57,368 bases of DNA, taken from positions 1 to 57,368 of IMG/VR virus record IMGVR_UViG_3300009610_000033; one strand, written 5' to 3'. Of this stretch, positions 55,040-57,368 are shown piece by piece. Origin of the DNA: a virus. Its lineage: Duplodnaviria > Caudoviricetes. The position numbers and the translations under genes were made by a program. Under the pieces are notes generated by a model, which saw nothing but the letters and a program-made list of their open reading frames with translations, was not told where the DNA came from and ran no database searches. How positions within the stretch are numbered: position 1 is the stretch's first letter; every line of letters begins with the position of its first letter.

Positions 55040-56599
55040 ATGCGCCTCCTGGAAACCGATTCGCTCTCAAACCAGAACATTTCCAGCGCGCTGGAAATCG
55101 GCTCCTACACAGCGGACGCGGCCCGGCACGTCCTGGCGCGCGTCTGCGTTGACCAGGTGGCCGGCGCGGGCGATTACATCGTCTACGCCACGATCCAGCG
55201 CGGTGGCACCGGCTCGGCCTACCGATTGCATCCGACCACGACGGCCACCGTTGCTAGCGGCGTGACGGCCATCGCCTTTGTGTCCGTGTCGATCCCGGTC
55301 AGCACGAGCGACGTGGTGAAGATCTACGTCGACGGACTGGCCGGCGACACCACGACCCCCGACCCGACAGTGGAGTGGTTTGAAGTAGACACCCTGCGGC
55401 CGACGACGGCTGACCGGACGGTGTTGGTGGACGCCAATGGCAACGTCAGCCTCGGCGCCATCCTCGGAACGGCGCTCACTGAGGGCGCTGCCGGCCGCAT
55501 TGCAGCCGCGTTCCAGACCATGCTCAACATCGCGGCGCCGGTGTTCACGGTCGCCAGCGTCAACCAGACGGGCGACTCCTTCGGCCGCATCGGGGCCAAC
55601 GGCGCCGGCCTTACTGCGCTCGCCCTGGCATCGGACGTGGCGACCATCCTGGCGGCCCTTACGACGATCGCCGGCTACCTGGACACCGAAGTGGCCGCCA
55701 TCCTGGCGGCGGTCGACACCGAGGTCGCGGCGATCAAGCTGAAGACCGACAACCTGCCGGTCGACCCGGCCGACGCATCCGAAGTCGCCGCACTCATCGC
55801 CACGGCACAGGCGAGCCTGACGACCATCGCCGGGTACACCGACACCCTGGAGGCCAGCGCGACGGCACTGGCTGCCGCGCTGGCCCTGGTGCAAGGCTAC
55901 ACGGACCAGGTAGAGGGGTACACAGACACCGTCGAGGCGGGGCAGACGACGATCCTGTCGAAGCTCCTCAAGTACGTCCAGCTCATGACGCGCAAGGATG
56001 CCGCAATAGCCGCCGACAACGCCACCGAGCTGGCTGCGATCAACGCCAACGGGGGCAGCGGGGCGGGCGCGTTCGTCTCGACGACGGACAGCCAGGAGGG
56101 CATCCGCGACGCCATCAGCGCCGGCAGCGCGTCGGCCGCCGACATCGCCGCTGAGCTGGCCGCTGCCGGCTACACCGTCGTCGACACCGACAGCGTGAGC
56201 AGCAGCGCCGTCAGCAAGCGCCGCGGTGACCTGTGGACGGTGGCGTTCACCGACCTTGGAGCTCTGGGTACCTGGACGAAGCTGTGGCTGACGATCAAGT
56301 CCGGCTACAGCGATCCTGACACAGCAGCCACCGTGCAGATCCTACTCACCAACCCGGGGGCCGTCGGCGATGGCCTGCAGCGGCTCAACGGAGCGGCGGC
56401 TACCGCTGCCCAGGGTGGCATCGTGGTGGATGACTCGGCAACCGGAGACCTCACGTTCACGGTCGCCGCTGTTGCCACCGCTCAGCTTGCCCCAGGACAG
56501 TACTACTTCGACGTCCAGATCCTTCGCGCTGACGGCACGACCACGCTCGCAGAGGGAACCTGGACCGTGAGGCCTGACGCCACGAGGGCCACCAGCTGA
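55040..56599 (+). CDS. Tail fibre-like protein with BppU-like C-terminus
   Basis: Repeats TTIAGY(L/T)DT and GYTDxVE; C-terminal PGQYYFDVQI...TLAEG.WTV..DATR. Confidence 0.75.
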   Translation: MRLLETDSLSNQNISSALEIGSYTADAARHVLARVCVDQVAGAGDYIVYATIQRGGTGSAYRLHPTTTATVASGVTAIAFVSVSIPVSTSDVVKIYVDGLAGDTTTPDPTVEWFEVDTLRPTTADRTVLVDANGNVSLGAILGTALTEGAAGRIAAAFQTMLNIAAPVFTVASVNQTGDSFGRIGANGAGLTALALASDVATILAALTTIAGYLDTEVAAILAAVDTEVAAIKLKTDNLPVDPADASEVAALIATAQASLTTIAGYTDTLEASATALAAALALVQGYTDQVEGYTDTVEAGQTTILSKLLKYVQLMTRKDAAIAADNATELAAINANGGSGAGAFVSTTDSQEGIRDAISAGSASAADIAAELAAAGYTVVDTDSVSSSAVSKRRGDLWTVAFTDLGALGTWTKLWLTIKSGYSDPDTAATVQILLTNPGAVGDGLQRLNGAAATAAQGGIVVDDSATGDLTFTVAAVATAQLAPGQYYFDVQILRADGTTTLAEGTWTVRPDATRATS

Positions 56600-56898
56600 T
56601 GATCCGCTCCCTCCGCCGCCGACTGGCCGGCCAAGCCTACGCACTCGCACGTCACCTCGACGACCTCGCGCGCTGGCTGGCCGCACCGTACATCCCGCCC
56701 CGCGACCCGGACGCTGTGGCAGCCGGCCGAGCTGCGTTTCTCGACGCTGGTGCCGCCAACTTCGGCGAGGGCCAGGCGCGCAAGCAGCTGGCGGCGGGAC
56801 TCATTGCCGAGGATCTGGCTACCGGTGCGAAGGTAGGACGACGCACCAACGGGAACGGGCACCACATCGACAACACCATGACGGACGACGACCAATGA
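56599..56898 (+). CDS. Hypothetical protein
   Basis: Coupled to both neighbours. Confidence 0.6.
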   Translation: MIRSLRRRLAGQAYALARHLDDLARWLAAPYIPPRDPDAVAAGRAAFLDAGAANFGEGQARKQLAAGLIAEDLATGAKVGRRTNGNGHHIDNTMTDDDQ

Positions 56899-57188
56899 CC
56901 ATCAACGAAGCCAAGGAGGCCGCCATGGGAATGACCGGTCCGGACCTGTGGAAGCTGGCGCTGGGTGGCCTGTTGACCATGTTGTTTGCGCTGGTCGGAA
57001 TCCTCGCGACAGACGGCCGTGCCCGCATGGACCGGCTCGACCGTCAGGTCGACGCGATCTCCTCGCAGCGCCAGGAGGACGCCGGCGACATCCGGGAGCT
57101 GAAGACCAACATCGCGAATATCGCGTGGCGGCTGGATCGCATCGACGCCAAGCTCGACCAGGCGCTGGACAGGGACGAAAGGCCATGA
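56895..57188 (+). CDS. Single-TM coiled-coil protein (holin-like)
   Basis: TM helix followed by LDRIDAKLD coiled coil, upstream of the endolysin across the junction. Confidence 0.65.
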   Translation: MTINEAKEAAMGMTGPDLWKLALGGLLTMLFALVGILATDGRARMDRLDRQVDAISSQRQEDAGDIRELKTNIANIAWRLDRIDAKLDQALDRDERP

Positions 57189-57368
57189 GGAATCTAATGC
57201 CCAGACTACCACGCTTCGAGACCTTCCATGGCGCCGATCGCCAGTGGTACTGGCGGCTGGTCGCCAGCAACGGCCAGGTCGTGGCCATCGGCGGCGAGGG
57301 CTTCACGCGCCCCGAGGATGCGCTGCGGGCGGCCCGGAGCGTTGGGCGCGCGGCGGTTGTGGCAGAGA
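57185..57368 (+). CDS. YegP/DUF1508-like protein, runs off the window end (not in ORF track)
   Basis: Hand translation: MRNLMPRLPRFETFHGADRQWYWRLVASNGQVVAIGGEGFTRPEDALRAA. Confidence 0.8.
   Translation, partial: MRNLMPRLPRFETFHGADRQWYWRLVASNGQVVAIGGEGFTRPEDALRAARSVGRAAVVAE

Larger units (their letters stand above)
1..57368. mobile_element. Temperate siphovirus-type phage genome, excised/circular form
   Basis: Lysis, integration, replication, packaging, head and tail modules are all present. There is a tape measure but no sheath gene, attP is intact, no host housekeeping genes are seen, and the ends appear to join. Confidence 0.93.

Noticed and set aside
1-57368. CRISPR array, diversity-generating retroelement, retron or IS element
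   Set aside because: No repeat-spacer array, reverse transcriptase, TR/VR pair or transposase was recognised by eye. A computational scan was not possible.

Overview
This window looks like a complete or nearly complete GC-rich temperate siphovirus genome in its excised, circularly permuted form: attP is intact and the last ORF appears to continue into position 1. The gene order is as follows. Lysis module (endolysin, lipoprotein, Acb2/Tad1-like small protein, holin-like protein). Leftward accessory operon under a ribbon-helix-helix regulator, containing an HNH-FtsK fusion and two membrane proteins. attP (3' half of tRNA-Trp) inside the 3' end of a tyrosine integrase. Methyltransferase-endonuclease fusion. 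Control region with LexA-type boxes and two LexA-DNA-binding-domain proteins but no recognisable CI. Early recombination and replication genes, including an initiator with iterons and a DnaA domain-I-like C-terminus. ParB-like methyltransferase and a small-gene island. Terminase, portal, protease/scaffold and capsid. Neck genes interleaved with two glycosyltransferases. Non-contractile tail with a probable +1 frameshift chaperone, tape measure, tail tip and fibres. The host is inferred, not shown, to be a Chloroflexota bacterium. All family calls come from motif recognition by eye; no database search was run. The most interesting candidates are the HNH-FtsK/membrane-protein module with adjacent 8-bp repeats, the integrase whose degron-like tail would be swapped on integration, and the CI-less LexA-box regulatory circuit.
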